Shown: positions 10,017 through 20,578, counted from the first letter of the stretch. The stretch: 64,000 bases of DNA from an uncultured Chloroflexia bacterium (GCA_963797095.1 CAWCNY010000006.1:256001-320000); one strand, 5' to 3'. Numbers and translations are program-made. The notes: generated by a model not told the origin, from the sequence alone.

Positions 10017-10461
10017 ATGGCTGACCTTATAGTAGACAGTACCTTATAGTAGACAGTAGTGTTGCCATCAAGTGGTTCATAACCGAAGTCGACAGTGCCG
10101 ACGCGCTCAAGGTGTTCGCAAAATATCAAAGTGGCCATATAACATTGCTTGCTCCTGACCTTATTAGCGTAGAAGTAAGAAACAAAATATGGCGCAAGTG
10201 TATATTCGAAGGTATGTCCAGTCAGATGCAGACCAGATAATAGCGGATTTTCGCGCAGTTGGAATCGATTTTACGGCTGATGCACTTTTGCTTGATGATG
10301 CTTACCGGTTAGCGGTAGCTTATCGATGCACTGTTTACGATGGGCCATACGTCGCCTTGAGCGAACGCAAAGGATGCGAACTGGTGACGGCAGACAAGCG
10401 CTTATTCAATGCAGTAGGAACGGTATTGCCGAACATCGTATTGTTAGCAAATTGGTCATAA
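10017..10461 (+). pseudogene. VapC/PIN-domain toxin pseudogene with two frameshifts
   Basis: MADLIVDSSVAIKWF...LLAPDL..E..N.IWRK joined to YD..YVALS...LVTADKRL is recovered only after removing a 17-bp duplication (10024-10057) and correcting a 1-nt loss near 10218. Confidence 0.85.
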
Positions 10462-10529
10462 CTGAAAAATTACGTGGTATATGATGCATAACTCATAGAG
10501 AAGAGCAGACCCAATATCGAGGAGCGACC

Positions 10530-13529
10530 ATGGCAGCAGCCAAAATGATCACTATCAGCATAGACGGCACTAAGGTTCAGGTTCCGGACGGCACATACGT
10601 GTGGGATGCCTGCCGTATGATCGGCATTGAGATCCCGAACTTCTGCTACTTGCCGGGTCTGCGGGCTTTCGGCGCTTGCAGGATGTGCGTGGTTGAGGTA
10701 TCGGGTCGCCGCGGCTTCGAGCTTGTCACTTCATGCTCCACTCCCGCAACCGACGGTATGGAAGTGCGCACCGTCAACGACCGTGTATGGCAGCAGCGCA
10801 ACATGGTCATGGAGGCGCTCGACACCGACCACCCGGTTGACTGCCCTATCTGCGAGGCCAACGGCGATTGCCGCCTGCAAGACTACGGATACGAATACAG
10901 CGTGACAGGCACCGATACCAGCCGCCCCAAGATCGTGCGCCCCGCCGAGCGGTTGTCTCCTGCTATCGACCTTGACCGCGACCGCTGTGTGGTTTGCGGG
11001 CGCTGTGTCCGCGAATGCGACGAAGTGGTTGGCGCGACCGCCCTGGCCTTCGTGGAGCGCGGCGTGGAGTCGCTGATCGATGCGCCGTTCGGCAAGTCGC
11101 TGCTCGATACGCCCTGCACCTCGTGCGGGATGTGCGTGGAGGTGTGCCCTGTTGGCGCGCTCTCCAGCCGTATCAACCTCAAGATGGAGCACCACTGGTG
11201 GCAGCGCAAGACCGAGACCACCTGCAACTACTGCTCGGTGGGGTGCACGATCAAGTTGGGCACTACGCGCAACCAGGTGTACGAGGTGAGGACCGACGAT
11301 GCGGTGGGCCTGAACGATGGCGTGACCTGCGTCAAGGGCAGGTTCGCTATGGACGTGGTCAACTCGAACAACCGCCTCTCGACGCCGCTTGTGCGCGAAG
11401 GCGGCAAGCTAGTGCAGAGCACCTGGGACGACGCCCTCGATATGATGGCTTCGCAGTTCAAGGAGTACAAGGGCGCTGTTGGGGTGGTAGCTTCCTCCAA
11501 GCTTACCAACGAGGAAAACTACCTGTTGCAGAAGGTGACGCGCCTCGGCCTCGGCACCAACAACATAGATTACGATGGACGCGCCCGGGAAGGTGACATA
11601 TTGCAGGTGCTGGCCGACATGCTCGGCTACCCCGCGCAGACCAACAACCTGATCGACACCCGCCAGAAGGCAGGGGCTGTGCTCCTCATAGGCGATAGCA
11701 TCTACGAGACCCACCCCGTTTACGCCTACCAGTTGCAGCGCATGATCCGCCTGACCAACAAGCAGGTGGTCGTGATCAGCCCTCGCTGGCAGAAGATGTG
11801 CGAATGGGCCGCCCTCTGGCTCTCGCCGAAGGCGGGTACAGAAGAGGCGCTGCTGGGCGGGATCGCTCGCGTTATCCTCGATGCGGGTCTGCTTGACCAG
11901 GCTTACCTGGACGGCAGAACCGACAACGGGGCAGCTTTCCTGAAGGCGCTGGCGGGCAAAGCGTTCTCCCTGGAGAGTGTGAGCAAGGCTACCGGAGTGC
12001 CCGCCGGGGATATAGTGGCTGCCGCCTACATTTACGCCACGGGCGGCAAGGACACGGGACCTGTCGACCTGCCTGGGCCCACTCACCCCAGCAATCTGCC
12101 CACCCAGAACGGCAAAACCGAGCCGAGCTATGCTGACGCGATCAAGAACTACGGCACCAAGCGCGGCGATACTCAATTCCCGCCCGCCACTATCGTGTTC
12201 CCCGCATCGGGGCCATATACACTGACCACTGCCGCCGTCGCGCAACTGACCAACCTGGCTTTGCTGACGGGCAACGTGGGGCGCGAGGGAGCCGGTGTGA
12301 ACCCGCTGGTGGTCGATAGCAACAGCATGGGCGCGAACGATATGGGCTGCCAGCCGGGCATGTTCCCAGGCTATCGCCCTGTGAACGCCGATAATGCCCG
12401 CGAGCTAGAAGAGTTATGGTCGCTCGACCCCGAACGCGCCAGCCAGGAAGTGCCCTCGGAGCCGGGCCTGAGCCTCGCCAACATGCTTGAGGCCATCGAG
12501 AACGGCGACATCAAGGCGCTGTGGGTGGTCGGCTCCAACCCTGTGCTTGGCAGCGACGACCCGGATGCCGCCAGGGTGCGTGCGGCCCTCTCCAAGCTGG
12601 AATTCCTTGTGGTACAGGATATCTTCTACAGCGAAACCGCTGAGCTTGCGCACATGATCCTCCCCGCTGCCTCCTATGCGGAGAAAGAGGGCAGCTATAC
12701 CAATACAGAGCGGCGCGTGCAGCGCGTGCGGCCTGCGGTCCAGACGCTGGGCGCGTCAAAGACCGACGTGGAGATCATAGGCTTGATTGGTTACAGGCTG
12801 GGGGTGATCCTGCCTTCCATGCAGCCCGGCCTGGTGTTCGCCGAGATCGCCAGGGTTGTGCCCCAGTACGCGGGAATGTCCTACGCCCGCCTCGATATGA
12901 CCGAGTTCATCAACGACGCGATACCGATGCCTGCCGCCGTGTCGCTCAAGCAGTTAAAGGTGCGCAGCCTGATGTGGCCGTGCACCAGCAGGACCGATCC
13001 AGGTACGCCTGTGCTTTATACGGATACGTTTGGGACCGCCAGCGGCAAGGCGCGCATGTGGGTGCCGTCAGGCACGGGCGCTGCGTCCGAAGCGACCACG
13101 GGGGGCGCTCTTATGGCGACGTTCGGCTTCCCGCTCTTCCCGTTCAAGTCGGGCACGCTGAGCAGGCAAAGCTACGGCCTGAGCCGGGTCGAGCCTAACC
13201 CCAGGCTGCACCTGAACACGGCAGACGCGCTCAGACTGGGTATCAGTGACCAGATGCCCGTGCAGGTTACGATTGAAGGTGCGCCAGCATCTGAGCCTGT
13301 GTACGCGGTGTCGCAGGTGTATGACAGGATGCCGCAGGGCACGGCCTTCCTCGCGATGACTCTAGAGCAAGCCGGGACGAATGCGGCGGTACGCGCTGCC
13401 AGGCACGAGATAGCAGCCGATGGGACGGGCACGAAGAAGAGCATGCCGATCACCGTAACGCCCGCACCGAATATCAGGTTGGACGAATTGACCCCGATGG
13501 GGGCAGGTATTCTTACCGCTGGTGAGTGA
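10530..13529 (+). CDS. nuoG: NADH-quinone oxidoreductase subunit G, FdhA-like long form
   Basis: 2Fe-2S domain, HPVDCPICEANGDC, two CxxCxxCxxxC-type motifs, CNYCSVGC...C, molybdopterin-fold domain; position within the nuo operon. Confidence 0.88.
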   Translation: MAAAKMITISIDGTKVQVPDGTYVWDACRMIGIEIPNFCYLPGLRAFGACRMCVVEVSGRRGFELVTSCSTPATDGMEVRTVNDRVWQQRNMVMEALDTDHPVDCPICEANGDCRLQDYGYEYSVTGTDTSRPKIVRPAERLSPAIDLDRDRCVVCGRCVRECDEVVGATALAFVERGVESLIDAPFGKSLLDTPCTSCGMCVEVCPVGALSSRINLKMEHHWWQRKTETTCNYCSVGCTIKLGTTRNQVYEVRTDDAVGLNDGVTCVKGRFAMDVVNSNNRLSTPLVREGGKLVQSTWDDALDMMASQFKEYKGAVGVVASSKLTNEENYLLQKVTRLGLGTNNIDYDGRAREGDILQVLADMLGYPAQTNNLIDTRQKAGAVLLIGDSIYETHPVYAYQLQRMIRLTNKQVVVISPRWQKMCEWAALWLSPKAGTEEALLGGIARVILDAGLLDQAYLDGRTDNGAAFLKALAGKAFSLESVSKATGVPAGDIVAAAYIYATGGKDTGPVDLPGPTHPSNLPTQNGKTEPSYADAIKNYGTKRGDTQFPPATIVFPASGPYTLTTAAVAQLTNLALLTGNVGREGAGVNPLVVDSNSMGANDMGCQPGMFPGYRPVNADNARELEELWSLDPERASQEVPSEPGLSLANMLEAIENGDIKALWVVGSNPVLGSDDPDAARVRAALSKLEFLVVQDIFYSETAELAHMILPAASYAEKEGSYTNTERRVQRVRPAVQTLGASKTDVEIIGLIGYRLGVILPSMQPGLVFAEIARVVPQYAGMSYARLDMTEFINDAIPMPAAVSLKQLKVRSLMWPCTSRTDPGTPVLYTDTFGTASGKARMWVPSGTGAASEATTGGALMATFGFPLFPFKSGTLSRQSYGLSRVEPNPRLHLNTADALRLGISDQMPVQVTIEGAPASEPVYAVSQVYDRMPQGTAFLAMTLEQAGTNAAVRAARHEIAADGTGTKKSMPITVTPAPNIRLDELTPMGAGILTAGE

Positions 13530-13552
13530 AACCAAGGACTCTAGGAGGAAAA

Positions 13553-14887
13553 ATGGACTGGGTGCTAATCCTGCTGAGGGCCATTCTGGCGTTTGCTATT
13601 GTGAATGTCACCCTTGTTATCGTCGCCTATGTTATCTACGGCGAGCGCAAGGTTGGAGCGCACATGCAGGCTCGCCAGGGGCCGAATAGAGCCGGGCCGA
13701 TAGGTGTGTTCCAGAGCTTCGCGGACCTCCTGAAGATGCTCAAGAAAGAAGACACCACGCCCAAGGACGCCGACAAAGTCGTCTTCTTCGTGGCTCCAAT
13801 AGTGGCCGCCTTCGCCAGCATCGCTGTGGTGGCAGTAATACCGTGGAGTCCCGGCAGCATCGATATCTTCGGCGTGCAGATCCCCCTTTATGTGGGTAAC
13901 GTGAGTGTGGCCATGCTTGTGGCCCTGGCTCTCTCCTCGCTTGGTGTGTACGGCGTGCTGATGGCAGGCTGGTCGTCAAACAGCAAGTATGCCCTGCTCA
14001 GCGGTATGCGCGCATCATCCCAGGTGATCAGCTACGAGCTTACTTTCGGCATCTCATTGATAGGTGTGTTCCTTCTCTCCAGCTCCCTTAGCCTGGTGGA
14101 TATCACGAACGCACAGAACGCCAGCCACAGCGCCACCCAGCCGGGTATCTGGTTTTTCTTATTGCAACCCGTTGCCATGCTGATCTTCTTCACATCGGCG
14201 CTGGCCGAAACGGCCCGCACGCCGTTCGACCTGATCGAGGCCGAATCGGAGCTTGTGTCAGGCTATCACACCGAGTACAGCGGTATGCGCTTCGGCCTAT
14301 TCCAGCTTGCCGAATTCAACGCCGCCTTCACAATGTCTGCCCTCACTTCGGTGCTCTTTTTCGGCGGTTGGAGCTCGCCTTTCGCGGCCTTCTTCGATAG
14401 CGGGCAGTCGCTGGCGGGCATCCCGGTGCTCAGTGGGCTGCTCGGCTCAGGCATACACTGGCTGATCCTGAAGATACTGTTCTTCATTTTCATCTTCTAC
14501 TGGCTGCGCTGGACGCTGCCACGCTTCCGCTACGACCAACTGATGGGCCTTTGCTGGAAGGTATTTCTGCCCGTCATCCTGGCAAACATCTTGGTGCTGA
14601 GCATACTCAAGCTGATCTTCTTCCCGCCTCCACCCGCCGGTGTAACGGTGGCAGAGCAAGCAGCCACCTATAACCCCTTGTTCTGGTGGATCCTGGTGGC
14701 GATTGAATTAGCCCTGGGTGTGGTAGCCGTCATTGGCCTCTCCCGAGTGTCAGGTCTTAGCTGGTTCGGCAAGGCAGAGCGTCCAGTGCTGGTTGACCGC
14801 CAGATTATACTGGTGCGCAACGTGCAGGGCGGGCGTGGGACGATTGAAGGCGAATCCCGAACTGTGAGCGTCTCACACGAGGCGTGA
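13553..14887 (+). CDS. nuoH: NADH-quinone oxidoreductase subunit H
   Basis: ERKV..MQARQGPNRAGP, AETARTPFDLIEAESELVSGY, TLPRFRYDQLM. Confidence 0.97.
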   Translation: MDWVLILLRAILAFAIVNVTLVIVAYVIYGERKVGAHMQARQGPNRAGPIGVFQSFADLLKMLKKEDTTPKDADKVVFFVAPIVAAFASIAVVAVIPWSPGSIDIFGVQIPLYVGNVSVAMLVALALSSLGVYGVLMAGWSSNSKYALLSGMRASSQVISYELTFGISLIGVFLLSSSLSLVDITNAQNASHSATQPGIWFFLLQPVAMLIFFTSALAETARTPFDLIEAESELVSGYHTEYSGMRFGLFQLAEFNAAFTMSALTSVLFFGGWSSPFAAFFDSGQSLAGIPVLSGLLGSGIHWLILKILFFIFIFYWLRWTLPRFRYDQLMGLCWKVFLPVILANILVLSILKLIFFPPPPAGVTVAEQAATYNPLFWWILVAIELALGVVAVIGLSRVSGLSWFGKAERPVLVDRQIILVRNVQGGRGTIEGESRTVSVSHEA

Positions 14888-14916
14888 GGATTGGTAGAGG
14901 GAATTAGGAGAGAATT

Positions 14917-15486
14917 ATGGACTTAGTAAATCAGGTAGCGGGCTTCTTCGTTACGCTCCGGCAGTTTTTCAAGCCGCCTGTGACCGTCGAATACCCCGAT
15001 ACGATACGCGACCTCTCGCCCAGGTTCAGGGGCGCTGTGGGCCTCTTGCCACACCCTGAGACCGGGCGCGAGAAGTGCGTGGGCTGTGGCCTTTGCCCTC
15101 AGATCTGCCCAGTCGATGCTATCGCCATCGGCGTGATCGAGGACGACAGGCCGGGCGCTAACCACATGGACGATTGGAAGCCCTTCGAGCACTACTACAC
15201 CAAGGGCCTCGACCCGCTGGACCCTCGCGCCCGCACGCTCACTTACTATTACGAGATCAACGAGACACGCTGCATGTATTGCGGCCTGTGTGTTGAGGTT
15301 TGCCCTGTGGAGGCGATCATTATGAGCCACCACTTCGAGATGGCTACCGACAACCGGGCCAGGACCATTTATGACAAGGATAAGCTGCTCGACCTCGGCA
15401 AGATATATATGGCCGAGCTGAACGAGAAACTGGACGCTCAGGCGCGGGCCGCGAGCGTAAGCCAGGCGTCGGACGGTGGACGCTAG
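14917..15486 (+). CDS. nuoI: NADH-quinone oxidoreductase subunit I
   Basis: TVEYP, CVGCGLCPQICP, CMYCGLCVEVCP. Confidence 0.97.
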   Translation: MDLVNQVAGFFVTLRQFFKPPVTVEYPDTIRDLSPRFRGAVGLLPHPETGREKCVGCGLCPQICPVDAIAIGVIEDDRPGANHMDDWKPFEHYYTKGLDPLDPRARTLTYYYEINETRCMYCGLCVEVCPVEAIIMSHHFEMATDNRARTIYDKDKLLDLGKIYMAELNEKLDAQARAASVSQASDGGR

Positions 15487-15533
15487 CAGGCCGGGTAATT
15501 GTTTCGGAAAGGGAGCTTTGAAGGGGAGCTTTT

Positions 15534-16346
15534 ATGAATGTTGACGTTTTCGGCATCATGATACCGATACCACCGTTAGGGCAACTGGTGTTCATTCCTG
15601 CCGCGCTGATCTCGATCGTCTCCTCGATAATGATGATCACGCGCAATAACGCCGTGCACTCCGCCCTGTGGTTGGTACTCACCTTCTTCAACCTGGCGGT
15701 GATGTATGTGATGCTGGGGGCCGAGTTCCTGGCGGCTTTGCAGGTGCTTGTCTATACAGGTGCTATTCTGGTGCTCTTTCTGTTCGTAATTATGCTCCTT
15801 GGCCTAAAATCAGGGCCGCAACTAGGCGGCGTGCATACCGCCCAGCTAATCGCCGCCTGGCCCGTAGGGCTTATTCTTGCGGGGCAGATGGTCCTGATAA
15901 TCCTCTTCACCTCGCAGCCGCGCGAGGTGCACTACGGCGATATCATCGGCACCCAGGAAGTGCTCTGGAGCAACAACAATGTGTTGGCGGTAGGGGGCAA
16001 CGTTCAGGCCCTTGGGCAGACGTTGTACACGCAGTTCTTGCTGCCGTTTGAAATTGCGTCGCTGATCCTGCTGCTGGCGGTGATCGGCGCTATCGTGCTG
16101 GCGCGTAAGGAAGAACCGGCTGAGGTAGAAGAAGTAGTGCCGTCATTGGGTATCTCTGTGGGTCGCCGCTCGGTGTCTCAATCTCCCCAGGAAGAGCAAC
16201 TTGAAAAGAAACTCCTGCCTGCCCTGGGCGGAACCAAGTATGTGCCTGGCATGACCGAGGGTGAGGTGGAAGTACCGACGGTAGACCAGCCTGACGCGGT
16301 GGGCGCTGGCACCACATCCGGCATCGAGCCGAGTAATAAATCATAA
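15534..16346 (+). CDS. nuoJ: NADH-quinone oxidoreductase subunit J
   Basis: AEFLAALQVLVYTGAILVLFLFVIML, LPFEIASLILL. Confidence 0.96.
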   Translation: MNVDVFGIMIPIPPLGQLVFIPAALISIVSSIMMITRNNAVHSALWLVLTFFNLAVMYVMLGAEFLAALQVLVYTGAILVLFLFVIMLLGLKSGPQLGGVHTAQLIAAWPVGLILAGQMVLIILFTSQPREVHYGDIIGTQEVLWSNNNVLAVGGNVQALGQTLYTQFLLPFEIASLILLLAVIGAIVLARKEEPAEVEEVVPSLGISVGRRSVSQSPQEEQLEKKLLPALGGTKYVPGMTEGEVEVPTVDQPDAVGAGTTSGIEPSNKS

Positions 16347-16413
16347 CTGCGATTTGCGAATTACCCTTTGTTGGACATTTGTTGCAGGTAATTTGTGAAT
16401 CGGGAGGGTTGAG

Positions 16414-16746
16414 ATGGACCTATCAACAGTATCGGAGACCACAGGCGTACCGTTGGCGTGGTACCTGGCGGTCAGCGCCATACTCTTTTGCCTGGGGTTG
16501 ATCGGCGTGCTGACCAGGCGCAACATACTGGTGATCTTTATGTCCGCCGAATTGATGATGAACGCCGTGAACCTGTCTCTGATTGCTTTCAGCACCTCGC
16601 TGAACTCGATGGCCGGGCAGAATTTCGTGGTGTTCGTGGTGACGGTAGCCGCAGCCGAGGCAGCGGTCGGCCTTGCGATCATTATCTCACTGGTAAGGCA
16701 GAAACCGACCGTAGATACGACGGATATAGATTTGCTTAAGGAGTAG
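16414..16746 (+). CDS. nuoK: NADH-quinone oxidoreductase subunit K
   Basis: RRN...[18 protein letters not shown]. Confidence 0.97.
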   Translation: MDLSTVSETTGVPLAWYLAVSAILFCLGLIGVLTRRNILVIFMSAELMMNAVNLSLIAFSTSLNSMAGQNFVVFVVTVAAAEAAVGLAIIISLVRQKPTVDTTDIDLLKE

Positions 16747-16836
16747 TCGGTAGTCGGAAGACTGGTGACGAGTGGCAAGTGGCAAGTGGCAAGTGGCAAG
16801 TGACGAGTGATCACCGACTACCGACTACCGACTACC
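16743..16836. repeat. Nested heptamer repeats (tagtcgg)2, (gtggcaa)4, (ccgacta)3
   Basis: Read directly between nuoK and nuoL; the outer arms are complementary. Confidence 0.9.
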
Positions 16837-16852
16837 AATCCCGGAGGAGCGG

Positions 16853-18886
16853 ATGCAAGAGTTCTTCTTGAACATAATATGGGTTGTACCTCTGCTGCCG
16901 TTGCTGGCGTTCGTCATCAATGGGTTGTTCGGCAATAGGCTCGGCAAAGAGGGGCCTGGGCGACCACAGGGATGGCTTGCCGGCTGGCTCGCCACCGGGT
17001 TGGTCTTTGTGTCGTTCCTGGTGGCGGTGGGGGTGTTCATCGACATAGCAAACAGGACTGCCGGTACGCCTTTCGAGTACACACTCTACACGTGGATACC
17101 CTCTGGCGACTTCAAAGTCGATGTAGCATTCCTGGTGGACCCCCTGACGGCGATTATGTTGATGGTGGTGCTGGGCGTAGGCACACTGGTGCACCTCTAT
17201 TCTAACGGCTACATGGCCGACGATGACAGGCCCGACCGGGGCTTCGCCCGCTTCTTCACCTATTTGCCCCTCTTTGTCTTCAGCATGCTGATCCTGGTGC
17301 TGTCGAATAACCTCCTTCTTCTTTTCGTCGGTTGGGAGGCGGTGGGCCTCTGCTCCTATTTGCTGATCGGGTTCTGGTTCAACAAGAAAACGGCCAGCGA
17401 TGCGGCCAAGAAGGCATTTATCGTCAACCGCATCGGCGACTTCGGGTTCACGCTGGGGATCATACTCCTCTTTGTCAATTTCAGCGGGCTGGCAACCGAT
17501 CTGAAATACACCGATATTTTCAGCGCTGCTACCCACATGTTCGAGGAAAACCAGCCTTTGCTGCTGGGTAACATGACCATCATTTGCATCCTCCTCTTCA
17601 TGGGTGCGATGGGCAAGAGCGCGCAATTCCCCCTCCATGTATGGCTGCCCGACGCTATGGAAGGTCCCACGCCTGTTAGCGCCTTGATCCACGCGGCTAC
17701 AATGGTGACCGCGGGCGTGTACATGGTAGCTCGCCTCAACCCGCTGTTCTCGATGGCTCCCGATGCGCTTCTCGTCGTTGCCATTATAGGTACGACCACA
17801 GCAGTACTTGGTTCGACTATTGCCCTGGCCCAGACCGACATCAAACGGGTGGTTGCCTATTCGACAGTCTCACAGCTTGGCTATATGTTCGCGGGCCTGG
17901 GCGTTGGAGCCTGGGCCTCGGCCATCTTCCACCTGATGACGCATGCTTTCTTCAAGGGCCTTCTCTTCCTGGGCTCCGGCTCGGTGATACATGCGATGCA
18001 CCATGCGGGCATCCACGACCCCATAGCCTCGCAGGACATCAGGAACATGGGGCAAATGCGCAAGAGAGTGCCGATCACTTTCTGGACCTTCCTGATAGGC
18101 TCGGCAGCCAACGCGGGTGTGATCCCCCTCGCCGGGTTCTGGTCTAAAGACGAGATTATCGGGAATTCCATCCTCAGAGGCCATTGGGTGGTGGGCGCTC
18201 TGTTGATGGCCGCTGCATTCCTCACAGCCCTCTATATGTTCAGGCTGGTTTTTGTGGTCTTCTATGGAAAGGACAACGTGCCGAAAGAAGCAGCCAAAGT
18301 ATTGGACAGCGAGCGTGTAGAGCGTACTATGCCATTGATCTGGTTGCCGCTGGTGTTGCTGGCGATCCCCGCCGCCTTGATCGGCTTTGTGGGCGTACCA
18401 CCAAACTCCGGCGTTTTCCACCAGTTCATTGAGCCTGTGTTCGCTCCTGGCATCGAGCTAGCGGGCGGTGTAGAACCCAGCGCGGGTTTCACCCAGCCAA
18501 CCATGCTGATCATGCTTATTTCGACTATGGTGGCGATTGGAGGTATCTTCGTCGCCTATCTGGTGTACCGCAGGCGTACCGGTATTCCGGCGGCTCTATC
18601 CGAGAACCTGCCCTGGCTGTACAACGCACTGCTCAATAAATGGTACTTCGATGAGTTTTACCAGAGAGTAGTTGTGGATAGCTTCAAGGCCCTTGCTTAC
18701 TGGTCGTGGCGCTTCGACCAGAAGGTGATAGACGGTGCGGTGAACGGGGTAGCGGACTTCATAGCCGGATTCGGCGGCAGGCTGCGCAGGCTGCAAACCG
18801 GCTTCGTGCAGGGCTACGCGCTAGCCATAGGCGTCGGTGTGCTCCTGCTGGTAACTTACCTGTTCATAATCTTGCCAAAGGGATGA
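16853..18886 (+). CDS. nuoL: NADH-quinone oxidoreductase subunit L
   Basis: GWEAVGLCSY, KSAQFPLHVWLPDAMEGPTPVSALIHAATMV, THAFFK. Confidence 0.98.
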   Translation: MQEFFLNIIWVVPLLPLLAFVINGLFGNRLGKEGPGRPQGWLAGWLATGLVFVSFLVAVGVFIDIANRTAGTPFEYTLYTWIPSGDFKVDVAFLVDPLTAIMLMVVLGVGTLVHLYSNGYMADDDRPDRGFARFFTYLPLFVFSMLILVLSNNLLLLFVGWEAVGLCSYLLIGFWFNKKTASDAAKKAFIVNRIGDFGFTLGIILLFVNFSGLATDLKYTDIFSAATHMFEENQPLLLGNMTIICILLFMGAMGKSAQFPLHVWLPDAMEGPTPVSALIHAATMVTAGVYMVARLNPLFSMAPDALLVVAIIGTTTAVLGSTIALAQTDIKRVVAYSTVSQLGYMFAGLGVGAWASAIFHLMTHAFFKGLLFLGSGSVIHAMHHAGIHDPIASQDIRNMGQMRKRVPITFWTFLIGSAANAGVIPLAGFWSKDEIIGNSILRGHWVVGALLMAAAFLTALYMFRLVFVVFYGKDNVPKEAAKVLDSERVERTMPLIWLPLVLLAIPAALIGFVGVPPNSGVFHQFIEPVFAPGIELAGGVEPSAGFTQPTMLIMLISTMVAIGGIFVAYLVYRRRTGIPAALSENLPWLYNALLNKWYFDEFYQRVVVDSFKALAYWSWRFDQKVIDGAVNGVADFIAGFGGRLRRLQTGFVQGYALAIGVGVLLLVTYLFIILPKG

Positions 18887-18891
18887 TATAT

Positions 18892-18960
18892 GAGTTCCAA
18901 GTTCCAAGTTCCTAGTAGGCGGTGGTCGGAACCAGGAACTAGGAACTTGGAACTAGAAAC
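18892..18960. repeat. Inverted heptamer repeats (gttccaa)n / (ggaacta,ggaactt)n
   Basis: Read directly between nuoL and nuoM. Confidence 0.85.
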
Positions 18961-19001
18961 GTTGAACCAGGGCTTACAACTCGGGCTGGAGGAGCTTTAT
19001 A

Positions 19002-20567
19002 GTGGATAACAACCTGCTGGACTTGCCCATCCTATCGATTATGGTGTATCTGCCGGCGCTTACGGCAGTGGTGCTGTTGTTCGTAAAGGACAACAGGCTG
19101 ATACGCCGGATCGCTGTGATAGGGGCGGCTCTCGACCTGGCGATTTCGATCATTGCCCTGGCGCTTTACGCCTACTACAAGTGGGGCAGCAGCGGTCCGG
19201 GCAGCTTCGATTTCCAGGAGAACGCCGCCTGGCTGGACAGTCTCAACGTCAGATATCACCTGGGCGCAGACGGTCTCTCCCTGTTGCTGCTGGTACTTAC
19301 CACCCTCCTGACCGTAATCTCTATTCTCGTCTCGTGGGACCCCATCAAGAAGCGCGTGCGCGAATTCTACATCGTGCTCCTCCTACTTGAGGCAGGCATG
19401 ATGGGTGTGTTCGTTTCGCTCGATTTCTTCGTCTTCTACATCTTCTGGGAAGTAATGCTTGTGCCGATGGCCCTTCTGATCGGCATCTGGGGTTCGTCCA
19501 ATCGGGTATACGCGGCTATCAAGTTCTTCCTCTATACGCTGGCAGGCTCGCTGCTCATGCTGGTGGCGATCATCGCCCTCTATTTGCAGCATGGCACCCT
19601 CGATGTCCTCACCCTACAGCAACTTGGCCCCGGCGACCCCCACGACTTCCAGAACTGGGTCTTCCTGGCCTTTGCCGCCGCCTTTGCGATCAAAGTGCCG
19701 ATGTGGCCGTTCCACACGTGGTTGCCCGATGCCCACGTGGAGGCACCCACGGCAGGCTCGATCATCCTGGCGGGGGTGCTGCTTAAGATGGGCGCATACG
19801 GCTTCATCAGGTTCGCCATGCCTATTTCCCCGGCGGGCGCGGCCCAATTTGCGCCGATCATGGTCGGCCTATCGGTGATCGCCATAATCTACGGGGCTTT
19901 GGTTTCGCTGGTGCAGCCCGACCTGAAGAAGCTAATCGCCTATTCGTCGGTAAGCCACATGGGCTTCGTCACGCTGGGCCTTTTTACAGGCATCTGGCTC
20001 AACCAGGAGGGCTACACCCAGGGCACACAGGGTATTGACGGCGCGATAATAGTCATGTTGTCGCACGGCTTCCTGACCGGCGGCCTCTTCCTCTGCGTGG
20101 GTGTGGTCTATAATCGCTTGCACAGCCGTCTGATCGCCGATATGGGCGGCATCGCCAGACCGATGCCGCGCTACGCCTTCTTATTCGGGGTGATGGTGTT
20201 CGGCTCGGTGGGCTTGCCTGGCCTGAGCGGCTTCATAGGCGAGTTTCTCACGATGGTTGGCGCGTTCCGGGCCGACTGGCTGGTGGGCACTATCACATCG
20301 TTCGTGGTTATCCTGGCAGCCTGGTATCTACTGTGGATGTTCCAGCGGGTGGTATTCAATAGAACCGCGCCGGCAGTGCGCAATTTCAAAGACGCTGATG
20401 CCATAGAAACAGGCTCGTTGGTGGTGCTGGGCGCACTCAGCCTGCTCGTGGGGGTCTACCCAGGTCCCTTGCTCGACTTCCTGCACCCGGCCACTCAAAC
20501 CTTGCTGACAACGGTTTCGGCCCAGGTGCCGAAGGTGGTGACGCTATCGCAGTTGTTCTTCAGGTAG
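19002..20567 (+). CDS. nuoM: NADH-quinone oxidoreductase subunit M
   Basis: FYIFWE, KVPMWPFHTWLPDAHVEAPT, YSSVSHMG. Confidence 0.98.
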   Translation: MDNNLLDLPILSIMVYLPALTAVVLLFVKDNRLIRRIAVIGAALDLAISIIALALYAYYKWGSSGPGSFDFQENAAWLDSLNVRYHLGADGLSLLLLVLTTLLTVISILVSWDPIKKRVREFYIVLLLLEAGMMGVFVSLDFFVFYIFWEVMLVPMALLIGIWGSSNRVYAAIKFFLYTLAGSLLMLVAIIALYLQHGTLDVLTLQQLGPGDPHDFQNWVFLAFAAAFAIKVPMWPFHTWLPDAHVEAPTAGSIILAGVLLKMGAYGFIRFAMPISPAGAAQFAPIMVGLSVIAIIYGALVSLVQPDLKKLIAYSSVSHMGFVTLGLFTGIWLNQEGYTQGTQGIDGAIIVMLSHGFLTGGLFLCVGVVYNRLHSRLIADMGGIARPMPRYAFLFGVMVFGSVGLPGLSGFIGEFLTMVGAFRADWLVGTITSFVVILAAWYLLWMFQRVVFNRTAPAVRNFKDADAIETGSLVVLGALSLLVGVYPGPLLDFLHPATQTLLTTVSAQVPKVVTLSQLFFR

Positions 20568-20578
20568 CCGGGGGATGG

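Noticed and set aside
10530-13529. Active formate dehydrogenase alpha subunit
   Set aside because: No Cys/Sec-His at the Mo-ligand position and no in-frame TGA; sits in the nuoG slot.
16743-16836. CRISPR array in the repeat-rich spacers
   Set aside because: Units are 7-bp tandem repeats without unique spacers; no cas genes in the window.
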